A stretch of 64,000 bases of DNA from Alphaproteobacteria bacterium (GTDB taxonomy: Bacteria > Pseudomonadota > Alphaproteobacteria > Methylaequorales > Methylaequoraceae). Every line of letters begins with the position of its first letter. Within the stretch, counting starts at the first letter, position 1. Location of the stretch: the NCBI GenBank assembly GCA_019650635.1, contig BOXE01000006.1:1176-65175 (forward strand), given 5' to 3'. The position numbers and the translations under genes are program-made. Shown piece by piece: positions 10,178-23,300 of the stretch. The notes beneath the pieces are model-generated. The model ran no database searches, was not told where the DNA came from, and saw only the letters and a program-made list of their open reading frames with translations.

Positions 10178-12970
10178 TTTAAAATTCATTAAGACATTTA
10201 CCCGTGTCTTTTTCTTTTTTTTGATAAAAATTTCAACATTTCCCTTCAAATAAGATATGACCTCCCCTTATCTCCACCTTCAGGGCCAAGTCGATAACCA
10301 ATCTGATGTTTTAATACTTAAATTATGTTCTATTACAAGTACAGTATTTCCTTCTCAACAATTTTGAAGAATTTCTAGTAGTTTTCTTACATCGTGGTAT
10401 GAAACCAGTTGTAGGTTCATCAAGAATATACATGGTTTTGCCAGTTGATCTTTTTGAAAGTTCTTTTGCTAATTTTATTCTTTGGGCTTCTCCTCCAGAT
10501 AAAGTTGTAGCTGATTGTCCTATTTTTATATACTCCAAACCAACTTTTTAGTGTTTCTAGTTTTTAGAAATTGAGGGAATAGCTTTAAAAAACTCTAACC
10601 CTTCCTCTACGGTCATATTTAATACATCGGATATATTTTTATTTTTAAATTTTACTTCCAGCGTCTCTCTATTAAATCTTCTTCCTTTACAAAGATCACA
10701 GGGAACAAAGACTCTGCAGAAAATGCATTTCTATCCTTAACATTCCGTCCCTTGGCAATTCTCACATCTACCTCCTTTAACATTAAAAGAAAATCACCAG
10801 GTTTATATCCTCTTGCTCTTGACTCTGGAAGATTTGAATACCATTCTCTTATGAAATTAAAACATGCGGTATATGTTGCAGGGTTAGATCTTGGTGTTCT
10901 TCCAATTGGACTTTGATCTATTTGAATTATTTTATCAAGATTTTCATGTCCTTTAATTTCTTTATGATTGAGGGGTTGTTCACTTGAGTTATTGATTTTT
11001 TTTTGACAAAGACTTAAAAAGGGTTTCTATAATCAATGTTGATTTTCCTCCACCTGATACTCCAGTTATACTGATAAACTTTTTAAGAGGAAACCTAACA
11101 TTTATATTTTTAAGGTTGTTTCCATTTGCACCTTTTATTTCAATATATTTACCACCACTTGACTTTTTATTTTTATTAATTGGAATCATTAATTTTTTTG
11201 ATAAGTATGCTCCTGTTAGACTTTTACTATTTTTAATTATTTCGATAGGTTTACCTTCAGCTATTATATTTCCACCATTTACTCCAGCCCCAACTCCTAC
11301 ATCAATAACATAATCACTTTCAAGAATAGTCTCTTCATCGTGTTCAACAACAATTAGTGAATTTCCAAGATCTCGAAGATTTTAAGTGCTAATAAGTTTT
11401 TTTTTATCTCTTTGGTGAAGACCAATTGAGGTTCGTCAGACATAAAGAACACCGTTAACCCTGATCCTATTTGTGAAGCTAATCTTATCCTCTGACTTTC
11501 CCACCTGATAATGTGTTAGAACTTCTTGACAACTGAAGGTACCTAAACCAACGTTATTAAGAAAGGATAATCTGTCAATTATTTCTTTGATAATTTTGTC
11601 GAAATTTGTTTTTTATAATCAGACAAGTTTTTCTACAAATCAATAAACCATTTTAAAAGTTTCTCAATTGATAACTTTGTAATTTCATATGTTTTATTAT
11701 TTATTTTAACTGCTAGTGCTTCTTTCTTTAATCTCGTTCCACCGCATACTTCACAACGGAATTTACTTAAATATTTATTTAGTTCTTCCTTTGCCACATA
11801 TCTGACAGCACACAGCTTGTTTTCTAAAAATCCAACTTCTCCATCGAATTCTCTGCTGTAACTCCAACCAGTATAATTATTAAAAATATTAATCATTTTA
11901 TTGTCACCAAAAATTACTTTTCTTTTCTTCTCTTCAGTGAGTTCTTCCCATTTGTGATTTGGATTTATCGAGCAATGTCTAGCTACTTCTTTTGTTAATT
12001 CTATATAAAATTGGTTATTCTTATTCCATGGGAGTATAACCCCTTGATTAAGAGACAATGAAGGATCGCCGATTATAAGATCTGGATTAAATTTTTCTTT
12101 GTAACCAAGCCCATCGCACGCTTTACAAGCTCCATTAGGACTGTTAAAAGAAAATAGTCTTGGCTCTATTTCTTCAATAGTAAAACCTGAAATTGGACAT
12201 GCAAATCTTGATGAAAAAATAAAATAATTTTTTTCTCCACTACATCATAAAAATAAATAACTCCATCAGATAAATTTATCGAAGCTTCAATTGATTGCGC
12301 TATTCTTCCTTCAAATTTTCTGTCAACTTCTATCCTATCTACTATGACATCAATCGAATGATTTTTTTTTTTATCAAGCTGAGGAATGTTCGAAGAGTCA
12401 CAGACTTCATCGTCAATCCTGAATCTCATAAATCCTTTTTTAATTAAATCATTAATCTCTTTTTTAAACTCACCTTTTCTATTATTCACTACTGGAGAAA
12501 TTAAATAAAATTTTTTTTTTTTTTCGAACTTATAAAATTCATCTACAATTTCTTGAACACTCATCGATTTAATTTCTTTTCCAGTTTCAGGTGAGTAGGG
12601 AATTCCGATTCTCGCAAATAAAACTCTAAAATAATCGTATATTTCTGTAACTGTTCCTACTGTTGATCTTGGATTCCTCGATGTTGTTTTCTGATCAATT
12701 GATATTGATGGGGATAACCCATCTATTGAATCAACATCAGGCTTTTCCATCATATTTAAAAACTGTCTTGCATAAGAGGATAAACTTTCAACGTAACGTC
12801 TTTGCCCCTCTGCATAAATAGTATCAAAAGCTAAAGAGGATTTTCCAGATCCAGACAAGCCACTTATAACAACAAACTTATTTTTGGGAATATTTACATT
12901 AATATTTTTTAGATTATGTTGTCTTGCCCCGACTATTTTAATAAAGTTTTTGAGTACGCTTTGTTTTCAT
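10178..12970 (-). CDS. uvrA: Excinuclease ABC subunit A (UvrA), with multiple frameshifts as assembled.
   Basis: Four fragments support it. 12166-12858 has [33 protein letters not shown]. 11633-12058 has a zinc finger, CEVCGG. 10989-11189 has [12 protein letters not shown]. 10323-10538 has [15 protein letters not shown]...[10 protein letters not shown]. The N-terminus ...[20 protein letters not shown] lies just upstream of 12858. Confidence 0.9.
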
Positions 12971-13044
12971 TTCCTTAAAAACTTTTAAAAGATTTATATT
13001 TTATTTAAAGTAATTATGATATTATAATTTTTTTTATTATAACA

Positions 13045-13506
13045 ATGGCCGGATCAGTTAACAAAGTTATATTACTAGGGAGATTAGGTGGAGACCCAGA
13101 AATCAGAGTTTCTCAAGATGGAACAAAGATAGCTAGGTTTTCAGTTGCTACGAGTGAATCTTGGAAGGATAAGACAACAAATGAAAAAAAAGAAAAAACT
13201 GATTGGCATAGGATTGTAATTTTTTCAGCAGGACTGTCTGAGATTGTAGAGAAATTTCTTAAAAAAGGTTCATTAGTATATTTAGAAGGTCAAATTAGAT
13301 CGAGAAAATTCAATGACCAAGCCGGCATTGAGAAAACAACAACTGAAATCATACTTCAAGGATATAATTGTCAGTTGACAATGTTGGACAATAAATCCGA
13401 TGATTCTCAAAAATTGAATTCTCCTAACATTGAAAACTCAACTGTTGAGAAAAAGTTAGATGAAATGCCGCAAGATTTTGATATTGAGGATGAAGTTCCT
13501 TTTTAA
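13045..13506 (+). CDS. ssb: Single-stranded DNA-binding protein.
   Basis: Intact ORF with MAGSVNKVILLGRLGGDPEIR...TDWHRIVIF and an acidic C-terminal tail ending DIEDEVPF. Confidence 0.9.
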   Translation: MAGSVNKVILLGRLGGDPEIRVSQDGTKIARFSVATSESWKDKTTNEKKEKTDWHRIVIFSAGLSEIVEKFLKKGSLVYLEGQIRSRKFNDQAGIEKTTTEIILQGYNCQLTMLDNKSDDSQKLNSPNIENSTVEKKLDEMPQDFDIEDEVPF

Positions 13507-13520
13507 AATAAAAAAAATTT

Positions 13521-16156
13521 ATGATTGATGACAGTAAGCCAGAAAATATAGAAAACGAAAGCATTTTTATAGAAAAAGAAATGGAAAATTCTTTCTTAGA
13601 CTATGCAATGAGTGTCATTGTTTCACGAGCTTTACCAGACGTTTGTGATGGTTTAAAACCAGTTCATAGACGAATTATTTATGCAATGAATGAAGCAGGT
13701 TATGTTTCAGGAAAACCATCTAGAAAATCTGCAAGAATTGTTGGTGATGTAATGGGTAAATATCATCCTCATGGAGATTCAGCAATATATGATGCAATGG
13801 TAAGGCTGGCTCAGGATTTTAGTATGCGGGTTCCACTCATTGAAGGCCAAGGAAATTTTGGTTCGATGGATGGTGATTCCACAGCTGCAATGAGATATAC
13901 GGAAGCTAAATTATCCCCAATTGCTTCATTTTTTTAGTAAATAAGTATTGATAATGAGACTGTTAGTTTTTAAAGAAAATTATGATGGAACTGCTCTAGA
14001 ACCAGAATTACTTCCTGCAGAATTTCCAAATTTACTAATTAATGGTTCCGAGGGCATTGCAGTAGGTATGGCAACTAAAATTCCTCCACACTGTCCAAAT
14101 GAAATAATTGATGCATGTTGTAAAATTATTCAAGATCCTGATATTTCTGATGAAGAATTGATGGAATTAGTTAATGGTCCTGATTTTCCAACTGGAGGAA
14201 TAATTGTTGGGTAAATCTGGTATTAAAGATGCTTATTTAAAAGGTAAAGGTTCAATAATAATAAGAGCAAAAACATCTGTTGAAAATTCAAAAAAAGGAA
14301 GAGAATCAATAATTATTTCTGAGATTCCTTATTCAGTTAAAAAATCTCAATTAATTGAAAATATTGCAAAAGTAGCAAAAGAAAAGATTATAGATGGAAT
14401 TTCGAACTGAGGATGAATCCAATAGAGAAGGGGTGAGAGTTGTTATTGATTTAAAAAGAGATGTTCAAGCTGATGTGTAATGAACCAATTATACAAATTT
14501 ACGTCATTACAGACTTCTTTGGGATAAATATGTTGGCATTAAACAATGGTGTTCCAGAATTTATTAAATTTAAGAAGATATTTGAACTTTTCACAAAGTT
14601 TAGAAAAGATGTTGTTTATAAAAGAACCAAATATCATTTAAAGAAAACAAGAGAAAGAGCGCACATTTTGTTAGGACTCTCTGTAGCTTTAGAAAATATT
14701 GATAAAATAATCGAACTTATTAGATCGTCAAAAGATTCAAATGATGCAAAAACAAATTGACTTCTCAAAATTGAAAATCCCATCTGACAATTTTATAAAA
14801 GATTTTATTAACTCGATAATGAAAGCTTAATTAAACTGGTAATTTTAAGATCACTGATACCCAAGCTAAAGCAATTTTAGAGATTAAGTTGAGCAGACTA
14901 ACAGGGTTGGAGAGGTCAAAATTAATTAATGATTTGAAGGAATGTGTAAATTTAATAAATAATTTTTTAAAAATTTTATCTTCGAAAGATAAACTTAACG
15001 AAGTAATCATTGAAGAATTACATCAAATAAAAGAAAAATAGGATCTTTACGACAAACTGAGATATCAGAGAATGAAGAAATAATTGATGACGAATCACTT
15101 ATTAAGTCTGAGGACGTTGTGGTAACCTTGACGCATACTGGATATATAAAATGTGGTTCCAAACTAAATTCTTACAGAGCACAAAAGCGAGGGGTGGAAA
15201 AGGCAGAGCTGGAATGACAACAAAACAAGAAGACTTTGTCAGCGACGGCTTTGCAGTAAATACCTCGTTCACTACTATTTTTTTCATCAAGAGGAATTGT
15301 GTATAAACTAAAAACATACAAATTACCAATTGGAAGCCCGACCTCTAAAGGAAAAGCTTTGGTAAATTTACTGCCTTTAAGAAGCGGAGAAAAAATAACA
15401 GCAATAATGCCATATGATGTTTCGGAAAATAATATAATTTTTGCTACGTCTTCAGGAAACATTAGGAGAAATAAACTTACTGATTTTCACAACATCAATG
15501 CAAATGGAAAAATTGCTATGAAACTAAATGAAAATGACAAGCTGGTAAATGTATTAACATGTTCAGAAGATTCAAATATTTTTTTATCAACTAAACTAGG
15601 AAAATGTATTCGATTTTCATGCAGTGATCTCAGAATTTTCTCAGGTAGATCGTCTACAGGTGTCAGAGGTATAAAACTTTCAAAAGGTGATACAGTTATT
15701 TCTTTAGCTATTCTTAATGGTATTGATTTTGATGTTACTGAAAGAGACGAGTATCTAAGAATAAGCGCTCTAATGAGAAAAAATGAAAAGATAGAAAATA
15801 ATAATTTAAATGATGAAAAGTTTGAAAATTTGAAAGAAAATGAGGAATTTATATTAAGTGTTACAGACAAGGGTTTCGGTAAAAGAAGTTCCGCTTTTGA
15901 ATACAGAAAAACTAAAAGAGGTGGACTTGGTATTGCAAATATGCAATTAAGTGATAGAAATGGAAGTCAAGTAGTGGCGTCTTTTCCAATTAATGATAGT
16001 GATCAGTTAGTTTTAGTAACAGATAAGGGAAAATTAATTAGATGTCCTGTGAATGACGTTAGAATTGGAGGAAGACAAACTCAGGGTGTGACGCTTTTTA
16101 ATGTATCTGATGAAGAAAAAGTTGTTTCCGTTGCTAAATTAGAGGAAAATGACTGA
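13521..16156 (+). CDS. gyrA: DNA gyrase subunit A, with at least 5 frameshifts as assembled.
   Basis: The fragments 13521-13937 (…[29 protein letters not shown]…[19 protein letters not shown]), 13948-14214, 14204-14410, 14461-14760 and 15299-16156 (C-terminal beta-pinwheel repeats) are collinear with GyrA. Confidence 0.9.
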
Positions 16157-16656
16157 TAATCTTATTACAGGAATTTATCCTGGAACATTTGACCCTGTGA
16201 CTTTTGGGCATCTAGATATTATCCATCGTGCTTCTCACATAGTTAATAAATTGATCATAAGTGTTGCTGAAAATAAGCATAAAAAGCCCTTTTTTAAAAT
16301 AGAGCGAGAGAATTATTATGATTAAAGAGTCGTTAAACAGTATTGATACTAAAAATTGTTTGATAGAAACGTTGTAGGTTTTGATAATTTGTTAGTTGAA
16401 CATGCAAAAAAATGTGAAGCAAAAGTTATTATCAGAGGTTTAAGAGCTGTAGCAGATTTTGAATATGAGTTTCAGATGGCAGGTATGAATTCAAAGTTAG
16501 GTCCTGAGATAGAGACAATTTTTTAATGGCATCCGAAAACTTCAGTTAACTTCTGCAAGGTTTGTGAAAGAAATTGCATTGTATGATGGTGAGATTAATA
16601 ATTTTGTTCCAGACAACGTTCTTAAAATGTTTGAAATTAAAAGAAAGGAAAAATAA
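16149..16656 (+). CDS. coaD: Phosphopantetheine adenylyltransferase, frameshifted as assembled.
   Basis: It starts [42 protein letters not shown]. Later frames give ...[23 protein letters not shown]. The stop at 16654-16656 overlaps the next start. Confidence 0.8.
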
Positions 16657-17183
16657 TGTTTAAATTTTTAAGATATTTTATACAAACTTGCTTATTTTTT
16701 ATTTTTACTAATACTATGGCAACAGAGAGTCCAGTGCTTCACATGGTTTTAGAGAAAGGGATTGTAAAAATTAAGACTTTTTCAGAAAAAGCCCCAAATA
16801 CAGTTAAAAGGATAATAGAATTGTCGGAATCTGGATTTTACGATGGTTTGACTTTCCATAGAGTCATATCTGGTTTTATGGCTCAAGGAGGAGATCCAAA
16901 TGGTGACGGAACTGGTGGAAGTGGTAAAAATATTAAAGCTGAATTTAATGATATTAAACATGAACGGGGTATTGTATCGATGGCAAGAGCAAATGACCCA
17001 GATTCAGCTGACAGTCAATTTTTTATTTGTTATGACAGTCATCCATTTTTGGATGGCAAATACACAGTTTGGGGTAAAGTTATTGAAGGGATGAACTTAA
17101 TTGATAGAATTCCAGAGGGAAAAGGACAAAATGGACAAGTTCTCAGAAACCCTACCAAAATAATTACAATAAGATTAAAATAA
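16656..17183 (+). CDS. Cyclophilin-type peptidyl-prolyl cis-trans isomerase with an N-terminal signal peptide.
   Basis: Intact 175-aa ORF with ...FHRVISGFMAQGGDPNGDGTGG...GIVSMARANDPDSADSQFFI. Confidence 0.85.
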   Translation: MFKFLRYFIQTCLFFIFTNTMATESPVLHMVLEKGIVKIKTFSEKAPNTVKRIIELSESGFYDGLTFHRVISGFMAQGGDPNGDGTGGSGKNIKAEFNDIKHERGIVSMARANDPDSADSQFFICYDSHPFLDGKYTVWGKVIEGMNLIDRIPEGKGQNGQVLRNPTKIITIRLK

Positions 17184-17236
17184 AATAAATTTTTGTTGTG
17201 AAAATCATATAATTTTACTATATCCTTACTAACAAC

Positions 17237-17312
17237 GCGCCCGTAGCTCAGTTGGTAGAGCACTCCCCTTTTAAGGGAGTTGTCATGAGTTCGAGCCTCA
17301 TCGGGCGTACCA
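17237..17312 (+). tRNA. tRNA-Lys (anticodon UUU).
   Basis: The cloverleaf was read by hand. The acceptor pairs GCGCCCG with CGGGCGU, the D arm is GCTCAGTTGGTAGAGC, the anticodon arm is CTCCC-cTTTTaa-GGGAG, the T arm is ATGAG-TTCGAGC-CTCAT, and the 3' CCA is encoded. Confidence 0.9.
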
Positions 17313-17329
17313 AAAGACTTGAGTGCTAA

Positions 17330-17948
17330 ATGTGGGCTAGATTAAAAACTATTTTTACTGGAATCCTAGTAACTGCACCGTTGTATTACTTTTGGATCGT
17401 AATCTCACTTATTAACTTATTTGATAGGCTTATCACACCTGTCATACCATATTATTTAAATCCTAATTTTTATCTACCAAGAGATGTTCCAGGATTAGGT
17501 CTCATAGTACTTATTTTATTCATGGTTGTTATTGGTTCTTTGACAGCCAATTTCTTCGGTTCATGGCTTCTTAAGAAGACTGATTTGATAATACAAAGAA
17601 TTCCATTGATTAAAGTTTTTTATAAAACAATAAAACAAATTTTGGAAACGATTCTCAAAACAAATTCTGACGCCTTCAGAGGAAGCAGTTTTAGTTGAAT
17701 ATCCTAGAAAAGGAGTGTGGGTTATAGGTTTTACAACTGGCGATGTTGAAGGTGAGATTAAAACAAAATTGAAAAAAAAACTTACTAATGTTTTTATCCC
17801 AACAACACCCAATCCAACATCCGGTTTTCTTTTAATGGTTCCTAATACCGAATTAAAAAAATTAAATGTTAGTGTTGATGACGCAATAAAAACAATTGTA
17901 TCAGCAGGTATAATTAAATTAGAAACTAAACGGAATAAAAATTCTTAA
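17330..17948 (+). CDS. DUF502 family membrane protein, with one frameshift as assembled.
   Basis: The fragments 17330-17698 (…RIPLIKVFYKTIKQILETIL) and 17715-17948 (preceded by ..VEYPRKGVWVIGFTTGD) together match the DUF502 pattern. Confidence 0.7.
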
Positions 17949-19992
17949 AATTTTTCTCTTGATAAAAAATTTTCTGAAGAAACTCTATTTTATCTATGTT
18001 TTCTCTATAATTTTTTATTAAATATTCTGAGTTTTCTCTAACAGAATTAAGTAGTGAGTGATCTTCATGAGGTCTAAAAAATTTCCATGATGGAAACCCA
18101 GTTTGGTTTGTCCCAAAAAAATCACCAGCTCCTCTTAAATAAAGATCCTTTTCAGCGATTTCAAAGCCATCACTGCTTTTTTTTAAAATCAAAAGTCTTT
18201 GTTTTGATAACTCTGATAAATTTTGATTATAAATTAAAACACAATTTGATTGAAGATTACCTCTAGTTACTCTTCCTCTAAGTTGATGAATTTGTGCAAG
18301 TCCAAATCTTTCAACATTTTCTATTATCATTAATGTTGCATTAGGAATATTTATTCCAACTTCAATAACGGTTGTAGATACAAGAATCATAATTTTTTGA
18401 TCTTTAAAGTCCTGCATTACTCTCTCAGCATCTTCTTTATTCACTTTGCCGTGAATAAAACCAACTTTGTTTTTAAATCTTTTCCTTAGGTATTCATATC
18501 TTGTAATTAATGTTTGTTCTTCAGAATCTAATGTTCCTATTGTGGGTAAAATCCAAAATATTTGTTCATTCTTAATAAGTTTTCTTTCAATACCCTCTAT
18601 TAGTGTTTCAATCTGATTTTTATTTATTAAAGATGTAATTACTTCTTTTCTTCCCTGGGGTTTAGACTTAATATTCGAGATAGATATTTCACCATACATT
18701 ACAAAAGAAAGACTTCTCGGAATTGGTGTTGCAGACATTATTAAAGTATGACATCCAGCTGACTTTTCTAAAAGATTAATTCTTTGTCTAACACCAAACT
18801 TGTGTTGTTCATCTATGACGATAAGACCTAATTTATAGAACTCAATAGAGGAATTGTAAACGCTATGAGTTCCTATTAAAATATCGATTTTTTTCTTTTT
18901 AAACGAGCGTAAATATCTTTTTTATTTTTGGTTTTACCAGTTAGTATTTCAGTTTTAATATTAAATGGAGAAAGTAGTTTGTTGAAATAATCAAAATGCT
19001 GATTTGCTAATATTTCTGTTGGAGCCATTAAGACTACTTGAAACCCACTTTTAATAACATCGGCAATAATTAAAAGTGCAACTATTGTTTTTCCAGAACC
19101 AACATCACCCTGTATAAGTCTATACATTTGTTTTTTTAATGATAAGTCATATTTTATATCTTGCAAAGTTGTTAATTGATCTTTAGTAAGCTTAAATGAA
19201 AGTCTTCTTTGGATTTCATTTGACAATTCATAATTTAAAATTGGGGGTATATTATTTTTTAAATTAATTTTTTTTTTTAGCTCATAAAAAATTATATAAC
19301 TTGCGAGAAGCTCGTCATATGCAAGTCTTTGACGATTTTCTTTCGAGTAATTTCAATTCACAAAGAGAATTGGGGTTGTGAAGATGTAAAAGAGAATCTT
19401 TAAAAGAGTTCCAATTTTTTTTTCTAAACTTTTTTAGAATCCATTCTTCAGGAAAATTAAAAGATTCAAATATATCTAAATGATTTTTAACAATCTTTCT
19501 GAAAATTTTTTTATTAATTTTTTTTCTTGATAAATCGTATTGCGGTTCAAATTTATCAAAATAAAAGAAATCTTTTTCATTTAAAACTCCTGTTGGATGA
19601 ATAATTTGAAGCTTATTTTTTACATAAACTAATTTACCTGAGATTCTGTACCTTTTTTCAAGTTTAATATAATTTTTGATTTGAAATTCATTCATATTAA
19701 AAAAAATGAGTTCAATTATTTGTTTTTTTTTATTTTCGCATAGAATCTTAAATGGAGCGTTTTTACTGTACTTTTTTTCATATTTAATTATTAACAAGTC
19801 ACATGAGATAATTTTTTCGAAATGATTTGGTTTAATTTCTTCAACTAAAATATTTTCATTAATACTGAGTGGCATATGAGTAAAAAGATCAATAATTCTT
19901 TTTCCGAAATAGCTAAGAATGTTTTTTATTGTTAAGTTTGTTCTTAAAAAATCGAAATTATTAAAAATATTTTTATTTTTCAAATTGTTCAT
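17926..19992 (-). CDS. recG: ATP-dependent DNA helicase RecG, frameshifted as assembled.
   Basis: Three fragments support it. 19315-19992 is the wedge/OB N-terminus. 18876-19226 has FKLTKDQLTTLQDI...RLIQGDVGSGKTIVALL. 17926-18738 has SATPIPRSL...QLRGRVTRG. Confidence 0.85.
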
Positions 19993-20008
19993 TTAAAATG
20001 CTCCAAAA

Positions 20009-20283
20009 CGTTATTATTATGAATACATCTTCTAAAAAAAAAAATTCTTCATAGAGCTAAGTACAGAGGAATTAAAGAATTAGACATTATATTTGAAAAA
20101 TTCGTCAACACTTATAAATATAAATTAAATGATCAAGAATTTAAAGAACTTGAAGAAATTTTAAATCTGCCAGATAATCTTCTTTTGGATATTATTTTAA
20201 AGAAAGAAAAAGTACCTGCCAATTATAACAATCTTGTAATGAAAAAAATTTTTAAAACTTGTAACGACAAATCAAGTGAATAA
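20009..20283 (+). CDS. sdhE: Succinate dehydrogenase assembly factor 2 / SdhE (DUF339), frameshifted near the start in an A-run.
   Basis: The frame ending at TAA 20281-20283 reads ...RAKYRGIKELDIIFEKFVNTYKYKLNDQEFKELEEILNLPDNLLLDIIL. It contains the RG.xELD motif. Confidence 0.65.
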
Positions 20284-20360
20284 AAGCTTTAATAAATTTG
20301 CACTAGATAAATCTTCATTAGAGTTTTTTTTAGCTGCTCAGTGTAATAAATACAAAAAAA

Positions 20361-23300
20361 TTGCATATTTTTCCAGTATTGAATATGACTTTGATGACAT
20401 CAAAAAATAAATTACTTAAAATCAACCCTAAATTGAATGTAATAGAATTTCCAAGTTTTGATTGTTTATTTTTTTCAAATCTTTCACCAACAAATAAAAA
20501 TAAGTCTGATCGAATAAATTGTCTTCATAATTTAGTTTTCTCAGATTTATCAGATAATATAATTATAAGCCCTCTTAAAGCAATAGCAACTAATACAATT
20601 AATATTGAAACCGTAAAGAAATTTCAATTAGTAATAAGAAAATTAAGCTCTTTAACCTACGACAAAATTCTTAATTTTTTAGTTGAAGGTGGATATGAAA
20701 GGGTGGATTTTGTTCATAATAAAGGAGAATTTGCAATTAGAGGAGAAATTATGGATATTTTCTCTCCAATTCATGAACAACCCCTTAGAATTTTATTTGA
20801 CTTTGAAAAAATAGACAAACTTAATTTGTTTTCTACACAAGATCAACTTTCAATAAGTACTGTTAATGATTATTATTTATCCTTATCCTCTGAGTTTCAA
20901 TTCAATTCTGAGAATATAGAATGTTTTAGAAGCTTATTTAGACAACTTAAACTAAAGGATAAAGACGATTATTATAAATCACTTTCTCAGAAAATAGTCT
21001 TACCAGGTTCAGAACAGTTCTTTCCAATCTTAAATAATAATTTTAATTCTTTTTTAGAATATTTAGATGGTTATAAAATCCTTTTGGACTCAAATTTTGA
21101 AAAGGATTTCAAACAAGTAACATCGGATTCATTTGACAATATTGATGAATATAAAGATTTAAAAAAAATCGGTTGTAATTATTTTTATAATTTAAAAGAA
21201 CTAAATTCTAAAATTGAAAATAGATTCCATACTCTTTCATTCAATCAGTTAAATTCAAAAGAAGAAGGAATAAATTATTTTTCATCAAGATATAATTTTA
21301 ATAAAAATAAAATACTAAATCAAAAAAAGTTAATAACTTTAATAAAAAAAAGAGAAATTATAATTTTCTGTTATTCCTCAAATGTAAATAAAAAAAAAAT
21401 TCTAAGTTTTTTAAATTCACAAAATATAAACTATATAGACAAGTTTAAACAAGATTTTTTCGATTTAACTAGAATAAACTTTAACTTTTTAGTCTATAAA
21501 TTCACAATAAATAATAGTTTTGTTTTAAATTTTAATAATACTCATTCACTATATTTTATTGCCGACCAAGAAATTTATGGCAAAACTTCCAAAAAATATA
21601 TTTCTAAATCAATAAAAGAAGAAAATTTGATAGATGATTATTCAAATCTTAAAATTGGAGATTATATAGTCCATAATGACCATGGTATTGGAAAATATAA
21701 TGGACTTATATCCAGAACGTTTAATAACGTTGTTCAAGAGTTTTTAGAGTTGCTATATCATGGAAATGACAAATTGTTAATTCCAGTAGAAAACCTAGAT
21801 CAGATTTCAAAATATGGTCAAAGTGAAATTAAGGTGAGCTTAGATAAGTTAGGTATACAGAGTTGGCAGCAAAGAAGGGCTATTGTAAAGAATCGAATAA
21901 AAGACATTGCAAAGAATTTATTAAAAACTGCAGCTAAGAGAAAATTAGAAAAAGGTGATGTTCTCATTCCTAAATCTTTTGAGTATGAGAAATTCTCATC
22001 AGAATTTGAATTTACGGAAACATCAGATCAGTTAAAATCAATACAGCAAATTGAAAATGATTTGGCCTCAGGTACACCTATGGATCGTTTAATCTGCGGA
22101 GATGTGGGTTTTGGCAAAACAGAAATAGCAATGAGAGCTTCATTTATTTCTGTTTCAGCTGGATTCCAAGTTGCATTGATATGCCCTAAATTACTTTTAG
22201 TGAATCAACACATAAAAAATTTTAAAAAAAGATTTAAAAATTTTGATTATGTAATAAAAAAAATTTCAAGAATAGAATCAGATACTGAAAAAAAAAATCT
22301 TAAAGAAGAAATTAAAAACGGAAATATTGATATTCTAATTGGAACTCATGCAATATTATCAAGCGAACTCGTCTTTAAAAAGTTAGGTTTAATAATCATT
22401 GATGAGGAGCAGAGTTTTGGTGTTGAACAAAAAGAAATACTAAAAAAATTTAAGCCAAATTGTCATATCCTGACTTTAACTGCAACACCAATTCCAAGAA
22501 CATTACAATCGTCTATATTTCAATTAAAAAATATTTCATTAATTAAAACTCCACCTCTTAGTAGATTGAATATAAAAACCTATCTTATGTTGAAGGAAAA
22601 AAAACAATTAAAAAAAATTATTCAAAAAGAAATTAATCGTGATGGACAGGTTTTTTATGTTGCACCGAGAATTTCTGATTTAAATAATATCCAAAAAAAT
22701 CTAAATAATCTCATTCCTAATGAAAAAATAGAAGTAATTCATGGTAGATTGTCCAATAAAAATATTGAAGAATCTTATAATAGATTCTTTTTAAAAAAGT
22801 CAAAAATATTGGTCTCAACAGCTATGATCGAATCTGGATTAGATATTTCTAATGTAAATACAATAATAATTGAAAAGCCACAATTATTTGGTCTTTCTCA
22901 GTTATATCAGTTAAGAGGACGAGTAGGCAGATCAAGTAGACAAGCATATGCATATTTGCTTCTTGATGATTTTAAAAATATAAGTGAAAATTCGATTCAA
23001 AAACTTAAAATAATCTCTAAAATTCAAAATCTTGGTGCAGGCTTATCTATTGCTTCTAGTGACCTTGATCTTAGAGGAGGAGGAAATATTGTTGGTTCAG
23101 AACAGTCAGGTCATATTAAAGAAGTAGGTATTGAACTGTATTACAAAATGCTCAAAGAAACTATTGACGAACTTAAAAATATTAAGACAAATGATAGAGA
23201 TTGGTCCCCAGTCATTAAACTTGGATTCGCAATTAGTATTCCAAAAAATTATATTAAAGATTTGGATATGAGATTAAGGTTTTATAGAAAAATATCGAAT

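Noticed and set aside
15102-15870. Antisense ORFs occur within gyrA (15102-15329, 15172-15462, 15487-15870). Similar antisense or nested ORFs occur in other genes: 4132-4716 in the M23 peptidase, 23387-23602 in mfd, 27922-28122 and 28525-28893 in the cyclase, 41882-42070, 43613-43849, 44347-44640, 45737-45922, 48473-48661, 49699-49899, 51555-52020 and 56550-56744.
   Set aside because: Each lies entirely inside a longer ORF with clear family motifs on the other strand or in another frame. Their low-complexity composition is typical of AT-rich antisense translation.
13521-16156. The frame breaks in gyrA, and likewise in serS, secD, uvrA and recG, might represent real pseudogenes or programmed frameshifts.
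   Set aside because: Simultaneous loss of several essential genes is not viable. The breaks are simple 1-nt indels without slippery-site or pseudoknot context. Sequencing or assembly error is the economical explanation, although I cannot prove it without reads.
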